Positions 63,656 to 64,000 of a stretch of DNA of 64,000 bases are shown in pieces. The first letter of the stretch is position 1, and every line of letters begins with the position of its first letter. Source of the stretch: Raja brachyura (lineage: Eukaryota). The stretch lies in contig OY740789.1 of the NCBI GenBank assembly GCA_963514005.1, positions 55,924,001-55,988,000 of the forward strand. Direction: 5' to 3'. The translations under genes were made by a program, and so were the position numbers. The notes below the pieces were generated by a model. That model was not told where the DNA came from and ran no database searches. It saw only the letters and a list, made by a program, of their open reading frames with translations.

Positions 63656-64000
63656 ACAAGCCTCTATCCAAGCCTTTTACTTTGTCCTCCATTCCACCCT
63701 TCAAGGTCATATTTCAGCCACCATCCATTGCAAGCATCCACCACTAGAGCATCATTGAACAAATCCCAATTTTGACTCACTTCTCCATCAACACTGTCAA
63801 CAGTACAAGACTCTTGTTTCATATCAGTATATATGTCACCGATGTATTAGCTCCTGCAGCATTATTAGCTTGGGTTGAGAGCAATATGCCAACATCTGAG
63901 TTAGAGGATCATTGGTTCCGTTCCAACTCCAGGGCTTCATTTCGATCAGCTTTACAGTTCTGGGAGAATGCTGGATTGACAAAGGTGCCTTTTTTGGATG

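Noticed and set aside
63865-63960. Possible ancient DeuSINE-like fragments (also ~7600-7735 and ~15340-15590)
   Set aside because: Similarity is too decayed to support by eye; needs a profile search.

Overview
This is AT-rich, repeat-dense vertebrate genomic DNA, most likely from a cartilaginous fish (skate or ray), inferred from HE1/V-SINE-like SINEs and the CR1, Rex1 and Penelope repeat mix. No host protein-coding gene is recognisable, so it looks like a large intron or intergenic region. The largest elements are a structurally complete but disabled DIRS1-like tyrosine-recombinase retrotransposon (16283-21195, minus), a long CR1 LINE nested in a SINE (45782-48880, minus) and a near full-length Rex1/Babar LINE (about 58086-61353, plus). 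There are also many 3' CR1 and Rex1 fragments, an L1 3' fragment and about 20 tRNA-derived SINEs. Numerous Penelope-like terminal-repeat remnants carry decayed minimal hammerhead-ribozyme motifs. The most unusual structures are a foldback MITE with a perfect 17-bp flanking duplication, a 569-bp insert bracketed by a 113-bp duplication, a poly(A)/TSD retrocopy of an unidentified RNA, and a 29-bp minisatellite at a chimeric CR1 junction. Boundaries of decayed repeats are approximate and read by eye, and family names come from motif recognition, not database searches.
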